Assembly: GCF_001194135.2 (NCBI RefSeq)
Contig: NC_068997.1
Location: 56,076,237-56,118,183, forward strand
Source: Octopus bimaculoides
Taxonomy: Eukaryota
Reading direction: 5' to 3'
DNA length: 41,947 bases
A program made the position numbers and the translations under genes. How positions within the stretch are numbered: position 1 is the stretch's first letter; each line of letters opens with the position of its first letter. Positions 1-12,492 of this stretch are shown piece after piece. Below the pieces are notes generated by a model, which did no database searches, had not been told where the DNA came from, and worked only from the letters and a program-made list of their open reading frames with translations.

Positions 1-77
1 ATATATATATATATATATATATGTACATATACACATATATCTTTATTTATACATATGCACATACACATACACATGAT

Positions 78-222
78 GGACTTCTTTCAGTTTCCACTTT
101 GCTAATCCATTCACAAGGCTTTGTTTAGATGACACACTTGCACACTCGCCAAAGCGTCAGGTGTGGGATGGAACTTAAAACCACTGCATTGTGAAGTGAA
201 CTTGTTAACCATGCGTCCATGT
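78..222 (-). mobile_element. Diverged tRNA-derived SINE head and body (family A)
   Basis: ttctttcagtttcc...atccattcacaaggcttt...gggatggaac...ccatg is a decayed reverse complement of the + strand copies at 7061 and 29545, and follows a (TA/CA)n tract as in those copies. Confidence 0.6.
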
Positions 223-683
223 CAGCACATAATACAACCATTAAAACAATTAAGACTGAAGCATCCAGTGCTGTTTATATTTGGCTGAATGTCAAATATG
301 ACATGGAAAAATCCGTTTTATTTGTGTTGGCATGGAAAATAATGAATCCGGTCGTTGACTTTACATTAGTCTTTAACACTACACAAACCATATTCATTCA
401 TATTTGGCCAAATAAATGAAAGAGATTTTCCTATTTTCATAAGATCTTAATATATTTCCTCTTGCATGTCATCTGTAACACATTCGCTCTGATCACATAT
501 TGTACAACAATAGATTTGCAAGGAATCGTAGCAATTCTAATATTTGTGCAAACATTTCCAATTGCTATTTTCCTGTTCAATACTTATCTTTAATACTAGT
601 TAGCAATGATTCATGAAAATCAATTCAGGCGAATTACATTTTTACTCAGCATTCTAAGTGCTTTGCATTAAGTGTATGTGCCA

Positions 684-721
<38 letters not shown>

Positions 722-995
722 TGTGTGTGTGTGAATTCTTTTAGACTGATTTGTGATTCCAAACTGTCAATATCGGATTTCCTGCTATAATCTGGTGCAG
801 TCACTGCATCAGACTGTGATGCATTCACACGTTAGACTGTTCCAGAGTAAAAACAACAACAACAACAACAACAACAGCAACAAAATATATGAAGTGATGT
901 GGAAAACTGTGAATAATGGTAGCGCTATTAATAAGACTTAATGATCCTCTTTTCCGATTTCTAACAAACATATGATACACACTTGGATATATATA

Positions 996-1032
<37 letters not shown>

Positions 1033-1447
1033 NNNNNNNNNNNNNNNNNNNNNNNNNNNNNNNNNNNNNNNNNNNNNNNNNNNNNNNNNNNNNNNNNNNN
1101 NNNNNNNNNNNNNNNNNNNNNNNNNNNNNNNNNNNNNNNNNNNNNNNNNNNNNNNNNNNNNNNNNNNNNNNNNNNNNNNNNNNNNNNNNNNNNNNNNNNN
1201 NNNNNNNNNNNNNNNNNNNNNNNNNNNNNNNNNNNNNNNNNNNNNNNNNNNNNNNNNNNNNNNNNNNNNNNNNNNNNNNNNNNNNNNNNNNNNNNNNNNN
1301 NNNNNNNNNNNNNNNNNNNNNNNNNNNNNNNNNNNNNNNNNNNNNNNNNNNNNNNNNNNNNNNNNNNNNNNNNNNNNNNNNNNNNNNNNNNNNNNNNNNN
1401 NNNNNNNNNNNNNNNNNNNNNNNNNNNNNNNNNNNNNNNNNNNNNNN
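1033..1447. other. Assembly gap flanked by (TA)n. Other gaps: 15555-15657, 16566-17244, 18107-18116, 25551-25782, 41051-41143
   Basis: Runs of N. Each gap abuts a microsatellite or homopolymer, typical of a short-read assembly. Confidence 0.99.
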
Positions 1448-2407
1448 ATATATATATATATATATATATGTATGTATATATATAATTTTACAGACAGCAT
1501 ATTGCACATGCAGTGTCAACTCAATGGAAGTAATTAACCAGGAAATTATTCCCAATCTGATATAAAAGCTACAAATTACTAATTTTTTATGTTTTTTATT
1601 GATTTTGTTTTTCACCTTCCCTTGTCTGTCAAACTTTATAACCTGCATGTTAAAAGTACTAAAATATGATTAATGACTTGCAGTAATTTCCCTAGCAAAT
1701 GATACAATGCATTGGTATTGTAGTGGAGGGTCTGAATAGATCCTTATCAAAAGACAATATAACAGACTTTTTTTAGCTTGCTAGAAACTGGTGAACAATG
1801 TATATTAATGAGGTTCTACTTAATAAGTAACAATTAAAAATTCTTGGTGTTTTTTTTCTCTTGGTTTTCAAAATTATTTCTCCAATCTGAAGTTTTAGTT
1901 TCACTAAACCATGGCCATCACCTGGAATGGAAGATGAGTTGGTAATATTGGCCTTGCTTGTGCTAATTGTTATAGGTACTGAATGTGGGGTTAGGAATGG
2001 ACAGAAACGTCTTCAGGGCCCTCACACCTTAACCAAGCAGAACAACCAGGATGTAAGAGCTGGGGGGGGGGGAGACAGAGGGCAGTACCAAGCCTCAATT
2101 GGTACAAACTATAGTTTAGTAAACTGGGGCAATGTGAAATGAATTTGTTCCTCAAAGACATAATACACTTCCTGGCCCAGGAATTGAACTCATGACCTTA
2201 TCCCTCACTGTAAGTCCAACTCCCTACATACTTGGCCATGGGCCTTTGCATACTAACTGTATTTAATAATTAACAAAGATTTCTGTGATAGACACAAGGA
2301 TCTACATTTTTGAGGGTGGAATCAGTGAAATGAAATTACATCAACTCCTGGTGTGGTTGCCTAGCAACTGAGTTGCCAACCCTGTAATGGAAGTAGTTGA
2401 TGGTCGC

Positions 2408-2453
<46 letters not shown>

Positions 2454-3125
2454 AATGATTCTAATAATAAATTAGAAAAGAGTTTTATGCATCATGTGGG
2501 AATTACAAGTGTTTGTTTTTTACTGATAGCAGAAAGGATAAAAGCCAAAAACGACCTTGAGAGGATTTGGATAAAGGATATTTTGATGTGTCATTTGGGA
2601 ATTACCATTCTTTGTCTTGTATTAACTCTGGAAGGATGAAAGGCAAAAAGGATGAAAGGATTTCACTGCTGTGCATTAAAGGGACATAGCTAAACACTAC
2701 AGGACGTATTTGTCTGCCACTCAACGAATTCTGTCATTTACCATTCTCAAAGACATAGATAGATCAATTATAAGGATAACTAACTTCTCAGTTTGCAACT
2801 GAGAGCTTCCTGTTAAAGCACCAGAATGTCCAGCAGGGGTGCTCAATGGGCCACAGATTAAATCTGGTCACTCAAAGACAAAAAATAGTCATTCAGGATG
2901 GGATTCCATTTGTTTTCAATCACCAAATTCCATTCACAAGTCTTTGATTGACCTGAGACAATAGTCGAAGACATTCCTACAAGATGCTCAATATCATTCT
3001 GTAATTAATAATTTTAATTTCATAACAATTAATTATGGAACCAAATTATGGTTTAGTCGTTACTGAGAAAGTCTTAGAAGGAACTGAGTGTTCTGTTACA
3101 TCTGAAAACAACAAAGGATTCCTCT

Positions 3126-3338
3126 ACTCTCTCTCTTTCTCTCTCTCTCTCTCTGTCTTTGTTTCTGTCTGTTTATCTGTCTCTCTCTCCCTGTCTCTCT
3201 CTCCCTGTCTCTCTCTCCCTGTCTCTCTCTCCCTGTCTCTCTCTTTCTCTCTTTCTCTCTCTCTCTCTCTCTTTGTTTCTGCCCATCCATCTGTCTCTCT
3301 GTCCCTGTCTCTCTCTCTTTCTCTCTTCCTCTCTCTCC
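3126..3338. repeat. (CT)n compound microsatellite with four perfect copies of ctctctctccctgt (3181-3236)
   Basis: Read directly from the sequence. Confidence 0.95.
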
Positions 3339-3631
3339 TTTTACAGTATGTTGACTGTATGCAGCAAATCGCAAATCTATGGAATGTGATGCTGCATAGT
3401 AATAAGACAGAAGCAACAAATGCAGAAAATCTGCAGAAGAATTATTCAGTAGTGGCTTCGGCCCGTTTAACAATGCCTTCTCTAAAAGACAGAACATTTG
3501 TGATTTGTGCTGGACGTTAAAATTATTGTTCAATATGTGTAGGAGAAATGACAAAAATTAGAATGGAACTGATACAAATGGGTAACAAACGTGTGGATGA
3601 AAATATGTCACATGTGGACAGCAGATGTAAT

Positions 3632-3724
3632 TGCTGCTGCTGCTGTTGGTGTTGCTGCTGCTGTTGTTGCTGTTGTTGGTGTTGCTGCTGCTGTTGTTGC
3701 TGTTGTTGGTGCTGCTGCTGCTGC
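3632..3724. repeat. (TGC/TGT/TGG)n compound triplet repeat with an exact 30-bp duplication (3651-3680 = 3681-3710)
   Basis: gttgctgctgctgttgttgctgttgttggt occurs twice in tandem. Confidence 0.95.
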
Positions 3725-4382
3725 TTAGAGTTGCATCAATTCAGATTGAGTAAACCAATGAACCAAAAATGTTTCTTGTGTAACAATGCTGTTACCTTCT
3801 GTTGAAGCCCAGAGTGACTTCAATTACATTCTCTTATTCCTCTTTTGTTTTTAAAAGATGAATGTTATTTCAGGGAAATGTGGCTGTTATTTCTATGATT
3901 TTGAGCTTCTTGTAAAGGCTCCTACTCGTTGCTGATGGTGAGAACTCCCGGCCCTTTCCAAGCATAAGGAGACCAAAGAACACTGAGAAAGAAATGGTAT
4001 GGTTTAGATCTCAGGATGTTAGGCCTTACATTGATGATGTAGAATGGAGATTGTCCTATTACATAGAACATGACCTTATATACAATAAAGAGATGTGATG
4101 ATGATGGCAATGGTGATGATACATTTTTTTCCCTAGTCTTTAGACTGGAGCCATGCTGGAGCAGTGTCTCCCAGAATGGTAGATTCCCAAAACTGATTCT
4201 CTGAAAATCCGACTAATTTCTCTTTATCAAATTTTGAAATCTTCCTTCACCATTAAACAGCATAACACTGGTGGAACAAAATACAGCAAGGTATTTTTGA
4301 GTAGTAGATCAATACATTGGCACAATTCTTGTCTACCATACTTCACTCATAAATCTTTGATCAGCCATCAATCATAGTAAGA

Positions 4383-4515
4383 GACCTTAACTGAAAGTGC
4401 TATATAACAGGATTGAACTAGAAAGTGTTACTTCCCCAAAGCAAATGAAGACCTTAGCTGAAAGTGCTCTGCAACAGGATTGAACTGGGAACTGTTGCAT
4501 CTCCAAAGAAAATCT
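4383..4515. repeat. Diverged two-copy tandem duplication, 67-bp period
   Basis: gaccttaactgaaagtgctatataacaggattgaact at 4383 and gaccttagctgaaagtgctctgcaacaggattgaact at 4450, each followed by ccaaag. Confidence 0.85.
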
Positions 4516-5079
4516 ATTAAGTGCACAGCCATGTCTGTACTAGTTGGTAAATTTTAATTTAAATTTCATAACAATAAGGCTATGCAAATGACTGCAGCTA
4601 TTCATGATTAAAGCTCTCATCGAGATAAATATATTCAGCTGTTAACAATAGATCCATATTTTGTTTCAGTTAGCAGTTGATTATTTTCTTTTATCATTCA
4701 GCATTGTTCTTTTCATGTAAGAATGCCATCATGGCTTCTTTTCTTAGTTTTTATTCTTCTCATTTACAGAAACATCAACTGAAACTTTCTCTCTTTCTCT
4801 CTCTCTTTCTTTCTTTCTCTTACAACTACCACAAATGAGTTCTGTTACAACATTAAAATGCAGTCAATTTTATCTTTATGAATTTAATTTACTAGATCTG
4901 TAAGAATGACATCATTATAGAGCTACAGACAAAAATGGTGGAATGATGGCTGTGTAGATGGGGAGGGAGGATAAAACTTAAAATTGTTGTGTTTTGAATT
5001 TGCAAATTTTGTCTTTTTACATTTTAGTCAGGAGGGCAGGCAATGTTGAAGAGACTTCATGGGTCGCCTGTAACTGGTG

Positions 5080-5790
5080 GGGCAAGGTGGAAAGAATGTA
5101 TCCTCAAATGGGAAGCCTGGCTTTAACACTTGTAACAGAGTGGACTCTTGCAAGGAAACGGTATATCAGTTCATGTCTGGATGTCTTTGGAAACTTTGAT
5201 ATGTCGATGACGATCTGGTACTCATTTCAGAATCTGTTGAAAATTAGTTTTAAACCTGAAGCAAGGAAGGTAGAGGATGGAAAGTAACATGGCAAACACT
5301 AAGGAATGAATCAGGAACCCAAACCACAATAGATACCATTATTTGGGGAAGAATATTTCTTTGTAGCTTGTAGTCAGAAAGAACATGAATTGTTTGGGTG
5401 GGAGGACAAATTTCTTGTATCCTGTAGAACAGATTGCAAGAGAACTGTGAGAAAGGATAGGAAATAAGGAATCTGGCCGCCAAAGTATGTTCCTGATATC
5501 AGTGCAAATGTATGGTGATGTGGTGTAAATAAATGGTGGGCCTTAGATGGAAAAAAGGATCATTTATTTCCAGGGAAACATGCTAAAGGAAGGAAATAAA
5601 ATTTATAAAATAAGTTTGTGTGCTGCCTTGAAAGGTGAGATTTGACATTTCAGGAAAAGCGCTTCTTTGAAGAAATGGTAAATATGCTGGAAGAATGTGA
5701 AGGATGTTGAATGGAAGCAAAAACTAGATGGTAAGTGTGATTAGGTAGCATAAAGTAGGGGACAGGCCAATAGACTATGGAACAAAGGAA
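5080..5790 (+). mobile_element. Decayed non-LTR retrotransposon (RTE-like) reverse transcriptase fragment
   Basis: 5179-5247 reads GCLWKL*YVDDDLVLISESVEN*, resembling the RTE RT motif GCPWELLYADDLVLIAES as I recall it. 5286-5303 reads NMANTK (cf. NMAKTK). Weak RGRP-x-x-x-W-like remnant near 5755-5780. Multiple stops and frameshifts. Confidence 0.7.
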
Positions 5791-5915
5791 AATAATTATA
5801 TTTTGTCAGGAAGGGAAAATTACATACAGTTAGGGAGAAAAAGGTTAAGAGAACACATACACACATACACACACACACTCATACATACATACATACATAT
5901 ATACATATGTATATA

Positions 5916-5962
<47 letters not shown>

Positions 5963-6189
5963 GTGTGTGTGTATATATATGTGTGTGTAATGAGAAGGTT
6001 ACCAATGTGCGTGTTGTGGGAGTTGTATGGTGATACAAGAACTAAACATTAACAGTTGCACAGCACAGAAATAAGAGCAACATCCAAACCCGAAGGGTTC
6101 CAAAATGTCAGCAGAAAAGTTAAGAAAGACAGAACTGTGGTAAGGTGAGGGGGTAGGGATTGGGAGATAGATAGAAGATGGTTTATTGA

Positions 6190-6402
6190 TGCCAGTGTGA
6201 GAAGTTGTAAGGAAAAGGAAGATGACAGGTTTTTATTGCTGTTTTGAGTTCAACTGAAGAAGGGATGGGATTAGATCTCAGAACATTAGGATTCGGAAAT
6301 GAGTAAAGAAAGGCTGAAATATGAGAAGATATGCTACGAGGTAAACCAGTGAAACCCATAAAAGCATGGCAGGCATTAAAATATTGGTGATGGTGATGAA
6401 CA

Positions 6403-6462
<60 letters not shown>

Positions 6463-6527
6463 TTGATGATGATGACAACGATGATGATAATGATGATGAT
6501 AATGATGATGATGAGCATGACAATGAC

Positions 6528-6571
<44 letters not shown>

Positions 6572-6580
6572 GGATGATGA
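6190..6580 (+). mobile_element. RTE-like LINE 3' end with (GAT)n tail
   Basis: gatctcagaacattagga (DLRTLG) followed by aaacccataaaagcatggcaggcattaaa and a ~180-bp (GAT)n tract. A similar tail is seen at 24352-24396, at 40985-41018 and, reversed, at 16375-16445. Confidence 0.6.
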
Positions 6581-7060
6581 TTCCATCTTGTCGGATACAC
6601 AAAATGGTGAGGAAAAGTTTAGTAGGAGCAAAGCTGTGATTATTTATTTCTGACTCCCTTTACAAAACCTATTTTGAGAGAGAAAAGGATGACACAGGGG
6701 TTGGAACCAGGAGGGGAAAATCAGTCTCAAATGTTGATTGATATTTTATTTATTTACCTCGAAGTGTAAAGCTGATTTTGATGTCATTTGAACTCAGATT
6801 GCAGAGAGCTGAAACAATTACCACGGCCTAATTGAGTAGGAATCTAAATGTCATCGAGTGTAACACCACAACAACCTTGTTAGCGAGTTACTCTTAATGA
6901 GATGCACTCTATAGGTAAACAACATTCCAGTCAGTTATTAAGTTAGAAGATAACCCTCTCCGTTCTTTGGGGAAGGGCACGTTACCCCTGCACTAGGTTC
7001 AGAGATCCTGAAAAGTTTCCTTGGCTCTTCTTTGAGTTGTTGAAGGAATAAGAACAAGGA

Positions 7061-7218
7061 GGTGCAGGTATGAGTATGTGGTCAGAAGTTTGCTTCCCAA
7101 CCACAGAATTCTGGGTTCAGTCTCATTGCATGGCACCTTGGTCAAGTGTCTTCTACTACAGCCTCAGGCTGACCAAAGCCCTCTGAGTGGACTTGGCAGA
7201 AGGAAATTTAAAGAAACA

Positions 7219-7265
<47 letters not shown>

Positions 7266-7380
7266 GAAAAAAATAGTAGTGGGGGCTGATTTGTTTGACT
7301 AAAGATTCTTTAAGGCAGTGCTGCCCCAGCATGGCCACAGTCTAATGACTGAAACAAATAAAAAGTAAAAGATAAAAGAT
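7061..7380 (+). mobile_element. tRNA-derived SINE (family A) with internal (TG)n
   Basis: A-box-like gtatgtggtcag, B-box-like gggttcagtctc, body caccttggtcaagtgtcttctactacagcc, then (TG)n and 3' module gccccagcatggccacagtc...gaaacaaataaaa. Collinear with the copies at 29545 and 34912. Confidence 0.85.
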
Positions 7381-7884
7381 ACACAACATGATATCAAGGG
7401 CTGATCAAAACAACAACAACAACAACAACAACAACAGCAGCATTTGTAATACTTTTAGACTCTGTGTAAAGTGAATCTCCTCTTCCAGGATTTAATATTA
7501 ACTGTTTCAGAAGATACATCAAAAATATGAGAATTGAGAAAATAAATGGCAATGTTCTGTGTAGAAAAGTCCTTCAAATAATTTCGCTCAGATATTGGAA
7601 TCATAAATTTATATTTAAGCTTTACAATTTATTTATGTTTCCCCTTTAAACTCATTCATTTCTCATACCACATAGAAAGAAGTTCACATTTAACTCAGTT
7701 TTAATGTCAAGCACACACCTCGTAATGAGATAATGTCTGAGGTAGGCTTGTTTCTAACACACCTCTGCTAAAATTTTAATTCATTAAAACACGATATAAA
7801 ATTTTTAGTCTTTCTGCAAAAAAAAATGCAAATAAATTTAATGTTTGATGTGACCTTTTAATGACTCTGGCTGATAGATTTAAT

Positions 7885-7983
7885 GATTTATCATTATTAT
7901 TACTATTATCATTATTATTATTATTATCATCGTTGTTGTTGTTGTTGTTGTTATTATTATTATCATTGTCGTCATCATCATCA

Positions 7984-8022
<39 letters not shown>
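7885..8022. repeat. Compound triplet microsatellite (TTA/TTG/TCA)n
   Basis: Read directly from the sequence. Confidence 0.95.
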
Positions 8023-9041
8023 CCCCAGAATAGATTTTATTTGAATTCCATTAATTATTCTTTTAATAAAAAGGATCCAAAATAGTGTTTTACTTCATTA
8101 GTTATTAAAAATTTGTGGAATTTTTAAGGTTTTTACGGTTCACTTAAACTGGCGATGTTTGTCCATCAAAAATATTGTTTTCCAATGTTTAAGCATGAGA
8201 TGTCTAATCTCTCTGGTATTTTAGAAACATTGATTTATAAATAATAAATAACAAAAATGGAGAAATGTTTGACGTAATTGGCTATGAAATAGGAAGTCTT
8301 TAAGTATTTATGGATAATGGCAATTGATTAGAGAAGAGTTAGGAAGGGAGAGGCTGGCTCAGAAACAGGGCTAAATTATTGCATTATAGAAATCCTATGA
8401 TAGATGGAAACAAATTGTTTATTGTAAGCATTGATAATGTACAGTGTACATGAAATAAAACCTCTTAGATATGGCAATAAAACAAGAGAACAGGGTGGAT
8501 TCATGTATTGCCATTATGATTCTAATCCTTATATTTTAAACGTTTTTGTTGTGTATGATTAAAGAATCTTTCTGCTTTTATTCTGTGTCATGTCATTTTG
8601 CTGGTGTAATCTACCCTCTCACCAAAAACATAGACGTGTTGTGGATCAGCACAATCCAACCAATGGCGGCTCACAGACATGCTGTCTCTTTTCTCTGCCA
8701 TTTCTAGCATTTCCACAGGGACTTCTGTGGCTGGTTTTGTTTAACACAACTAACAGTAGTCTAATGTGGGATGGTCGTAAAAGGGTTAAACATTAACAAA
8801 ATTCATCAAACCACCAATGCTCCTTCCCCTCCTCACCTCCCTTCCTGTGTAAGTTTAAAATGACTGACACAGGTTTTCTCTAACACAGAAATTCATAATT
8901 TATTGCAGTCTTGTGTCATCTTTTGTGTGATATTCACCTTGTTGAGATCAGTCTTCACCATTTCTTCCTATGTCTTTCTAAACTGGGTCTCCTTTCTTCC
9001 TGTCTTAGCGGATCCATCCTCTTGGATTGCTTGCCACTTCT

Positions 9042-9270
9042 TTAACCCTTTCATTACCAACCCGGCTGAAACCGGCTCTGGCTCTGAGTACAAATGTCTT
9101 GTTTGCATAAGTTTTGAATTGAAATTTTCCACAGAACCTTAGTCACAATTTATATTCCTAACACTAGCTCAATGATAACTAAGTTATTTTACTAAATTCT
9201 TTGTTATTTTTATAATTAATTGAAAGAAACATAGAGCACCTCAAAATAAATACGGTAACGAAAGGGTTAA
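9042..9270. mobile_element. piggyBac-type MITE (221 bp) with TTAA target-site duplication
   Basis: TTAA (9042-9045), ccctttcattacc ... ggtaacgaaaggg, TTAA (9267-9270). The 13-bp TIRs differ at one position. CCC...GGG termini with TTAA TSD are the established piggyBac signature. No coding capacity. Confidence 0.8.
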
Positions 9271-10866
9271 GCCACCACAAACATCCACACACATAGCACA
9301 TCCTTATCATTATAGTCTGCTCTGTGCTTCTTGCAGCTAATTCCTCTTATACCTAGCATTCTTCTCACTTCATTTATGCTCTGTTATTCATCCGGGCTGA
9401 CATTACATGTCCAACTTGATATTTAAAATTAAAATGGATTATTTCTATGAAAGAAGCAGAGAAACAATTTGTTTTATTTCTAAAATAAAGATTCGTATTT
9501 GTGAATCAGAAATGTCCACCTTGGCTCTGCTTGTACAACATTACTTCTGCATTTATACATCAATGTACGACCGACCTCAAACTCACTTAACTCTCAGATA
9601 ATCTTCTTCTTATCATTAAGCCTCTTTCTTAAGAAGCCATTGGTATCTCTTTAATCCTGTAAGACATAAATCATTTGGATAGTATCACTTGAAATTGCAG
9701 TGAAAGCCTTACAAGGATTAGATTCATCAAACACAGCTTAATTATTTCAACAGCATACAATGTGTGCATTTGTGTGTTTATCTGCATGTGTGTGTGTGTG
9801 TGTGTGTGTGTGTATCTTTACACGCATGTGTGCATTTCAAGTTCAAAGTGCGTTTGTGTGGGAGGAGAAGATGATCTGATGTCAGCACTGTGAAACCTCT
9901 GAAATTAAAGTTACTCTCATTTCACTCAGTTCTTGTCTATTTTATTGCTGGCCAAGCTGTAGCAGAGGTAATTCAGTTCCTTGCCACTAGAGTTAATAAA
10001 ATTACTAACTCTTTGCTGTTATTTTATTTATAAGTTAGTCAAGCATAAAGAAGAAAGAAGGTGAAAAGGAGCGACAGAGTGCCATGAGATTGAAGAACTC
10101 TTCAACAGTGATTAGTAGAATTTAGCTGATGCCCAGCTTCAACATTGAAGGTCCGTGTTTAAAAGGAAAACATAGGCAAGGATGGAACCCAGTAGCCTGG
10201 TCTGAATACTCGTGGCAGAGGTAGCCTCATTAAAGGCACCCAAAACCCAAATAGTGGTGTTAGACTCGGAGTTTCAAACTTGGGGTGTTGGTGTCTCATG
10301 GTGTTTCACTAGTGAGGTTAAACCAGTGGTGCCAAGTGGTGCTCTTAGACTGGGTTATATTTCATTTGTCCGGGACTAGTTTATTTTCTGCTATTGAAGA
10401 GAACCATACCTTTTGCAGTTTTGGTTTTATGGGTGAATGTGAACCTTGCATTTTTGCAGAAAATTGTGATGATTTAAATGTAATCAATGCAAAGTTGGGT
10501 AAAACAAATTCTATGTTCTCTGCATGGAATCATTTCCTGGTGTGTTAAAGACAAGGATAAAGAGCAATCTTAGATAACGGTTGTCGTTCTTTGATAATTA
10601 AAGAGGAATGTGGAGGCATACATAAACAGAAAAGAATATAAAAGAGAAACATTTCTTGGAGACAGATAAAAATATGAAAAGAACAGAGAAATTGAAGAAT
10701 AAAATATTTGAAATAATGGCAATATGCTGCAATGAAGTCGTCTCGATCTTTTTGTTATGCAAAAGAGCTGAGTAAAATCAATTACTTCCTATTGTTTCTT
10801 GTTTAATTAAAGTTGCTTTATTATCATTTTCGCATCATTTTATCATTTGCTTTTTCTCTTTTGCAG

Positions 10867-10926
10867 TTATTAGCAATAAATTATAGTGGTATTCTTGATT
10901 CTAATTTCCTTTTTCTTTTGTGGAAG
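10867..10926 (+). CDS. Candidate 60-nt internal coding exon (LLAINYSGILDSNFLFLLWK), gene unknown
   Basis: Strong acceptor tttgctttttctcttttgcag and donor AAG|GTAAGA. Only the phase 0-0 frame is open. No protein family recognised. Confidence 0.35.
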
Positions 10927-12492
10927 GTAAGAAGCCCACCTGTAGGTTGTTTAATGTTAAATACTATTTCTTATTTGAGAGGATGTAATGCACTTGTCCT
11001 CAATTGATTTCATGCCGTATAATTAAGATGTTCTGAACTCTGTAATTGGTACAATGCTTAAGTGCAGATTCTTTAACGACTTTTTGGTAGGAATCAATTT
11101 TTAGCTAATGACATTTTTTCCTAAGGGGTTTTTTCTCACATTAGTCATATTCATACATAAGACAAAATCTAAGTTAATAGAAGTCAGAAATAAAACAAGT
11201 TAGGATCTTTGAATATCTAATTACAGTTTAAGAAAATAGCAACAGAGACCGAAACTAGCGCTGGGCCTCTATTAGATCATAAAATATTTGATGATGTGGC
11301 ATGTGACATGGAACAAAATACTGTCACTGTATGTATTAATTAAAAAGTCGTTAATTATACAAGAGTTTGTCACATGACCCTTACCAGTTAATGAGAAAAA
11401 AATCTTTCTGCCTGGTTGTTGAACTTTCGAGAAATAGCAACCAGACCATTTGCAAATCACATACAAACCTCTCAGAAATAAAGTATACAGCAGATAAATC
11501 AGTCCTACTTGTTGTTGAGCAAAAGTTCTAGATTTTATCCTTTGTTTAACTTAAGAATCACATATCATAAGTTGTTGTAGCTAACCAGGTCCTAGAAGAA
11601 GATTGCAAGGGACACAACTCTTTTATAATTAAGTAATTATCATCATAACCTGTTTTACCATTTGATACAGCATTACAACTCATCTATCATTGTTTCATCT
11701 TTCATTTATTGCTTGTGTTGAATTATTAAAACTTCTTTGTTTGTTCTTACGCTAAACAATTACAATAATAAACATTTTAGCTTTCAAGTTAATGTTGGTG
11801 ATTAATTATAAAAGGGATATAATGTAACCAATCACAAAAAAAAATATAAAAACAACTTATTAAAAATAGATTTCAATGTTCAGTTGATTTACAAATTTTT
11901 GTCAGTCTACAAAGTGGTACGTATTGAAGATTTTCAACCACATGTTTGTTAAGACTACCATATTTGTCCTAGAACCTCCCAAAACAAGACACCAAAATCT
12001 AAGCTTATCTAAGCCTATTTGGATTACCTATGAAAAAAAAAAGAGATGACTAATACCAATGTAAGTGGACCTCATAAACTATGGACCCACAAACACTATT
12101 TTACAAAAATGAAACCAGCTCTGAATAATGAGACTAAGATAAATGAAATTCACAACCAAGTGTAACAAATAGGCATTCCCATCATCAACTGCCGAGTGAA
12201 TTTCACTATGTTTTCTACCTCTGTTCAGTCTGGTGTAGAATTATTGATGGAATTGAACTGGCTTTGATCTGCATGACATAGCAGTATCTTTTCTCTTTCA
12301 ATTCCATTTGGAAACATGTCTTTCTCATCAACTCCCACCATCTCATGTATTCACCACTGTTACCTACCTTTCTCCAGACCGATGATATATTTGTTATAGT
12401 CAGGAAGGAGGAATAGTGTCCACAGTGTTTTACGAGGCCTCCAAGGATTGACCACTTACTCTTTTTGCATTTTTACAAACAACCGTTTTAGT

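Noticed and set aside
646-828. Protein-like minus frame ASQSDAVTAPDYSRKSDIDSLESQISLKEF
   Set aside because: No in-frame acceptor or donor found, and the frame runs into (CA)n.
3345-3430. Minus frame FCRFSAFVASVLLLCSITFHRFAICC resembling GPCR TM3/DRY
   Set aside because: Cys-to-Arg spacing is 19 rather than about 25, a stop lies just upstream, and the frame runs into a microsatellite.
3960-4060. Possible additional RTE 3' fragment (DLRMLGLT)
   Set aside because: Only about eight residues support it, too little to list as a feature.
12300-12420. FSFNSIW…TDDIFVIV suggesting a Penelope-like RT
   Set aside because: The GxxMGSP motif between these segments is missing, and the adjacent sequence is better explained as a Gag remnant.
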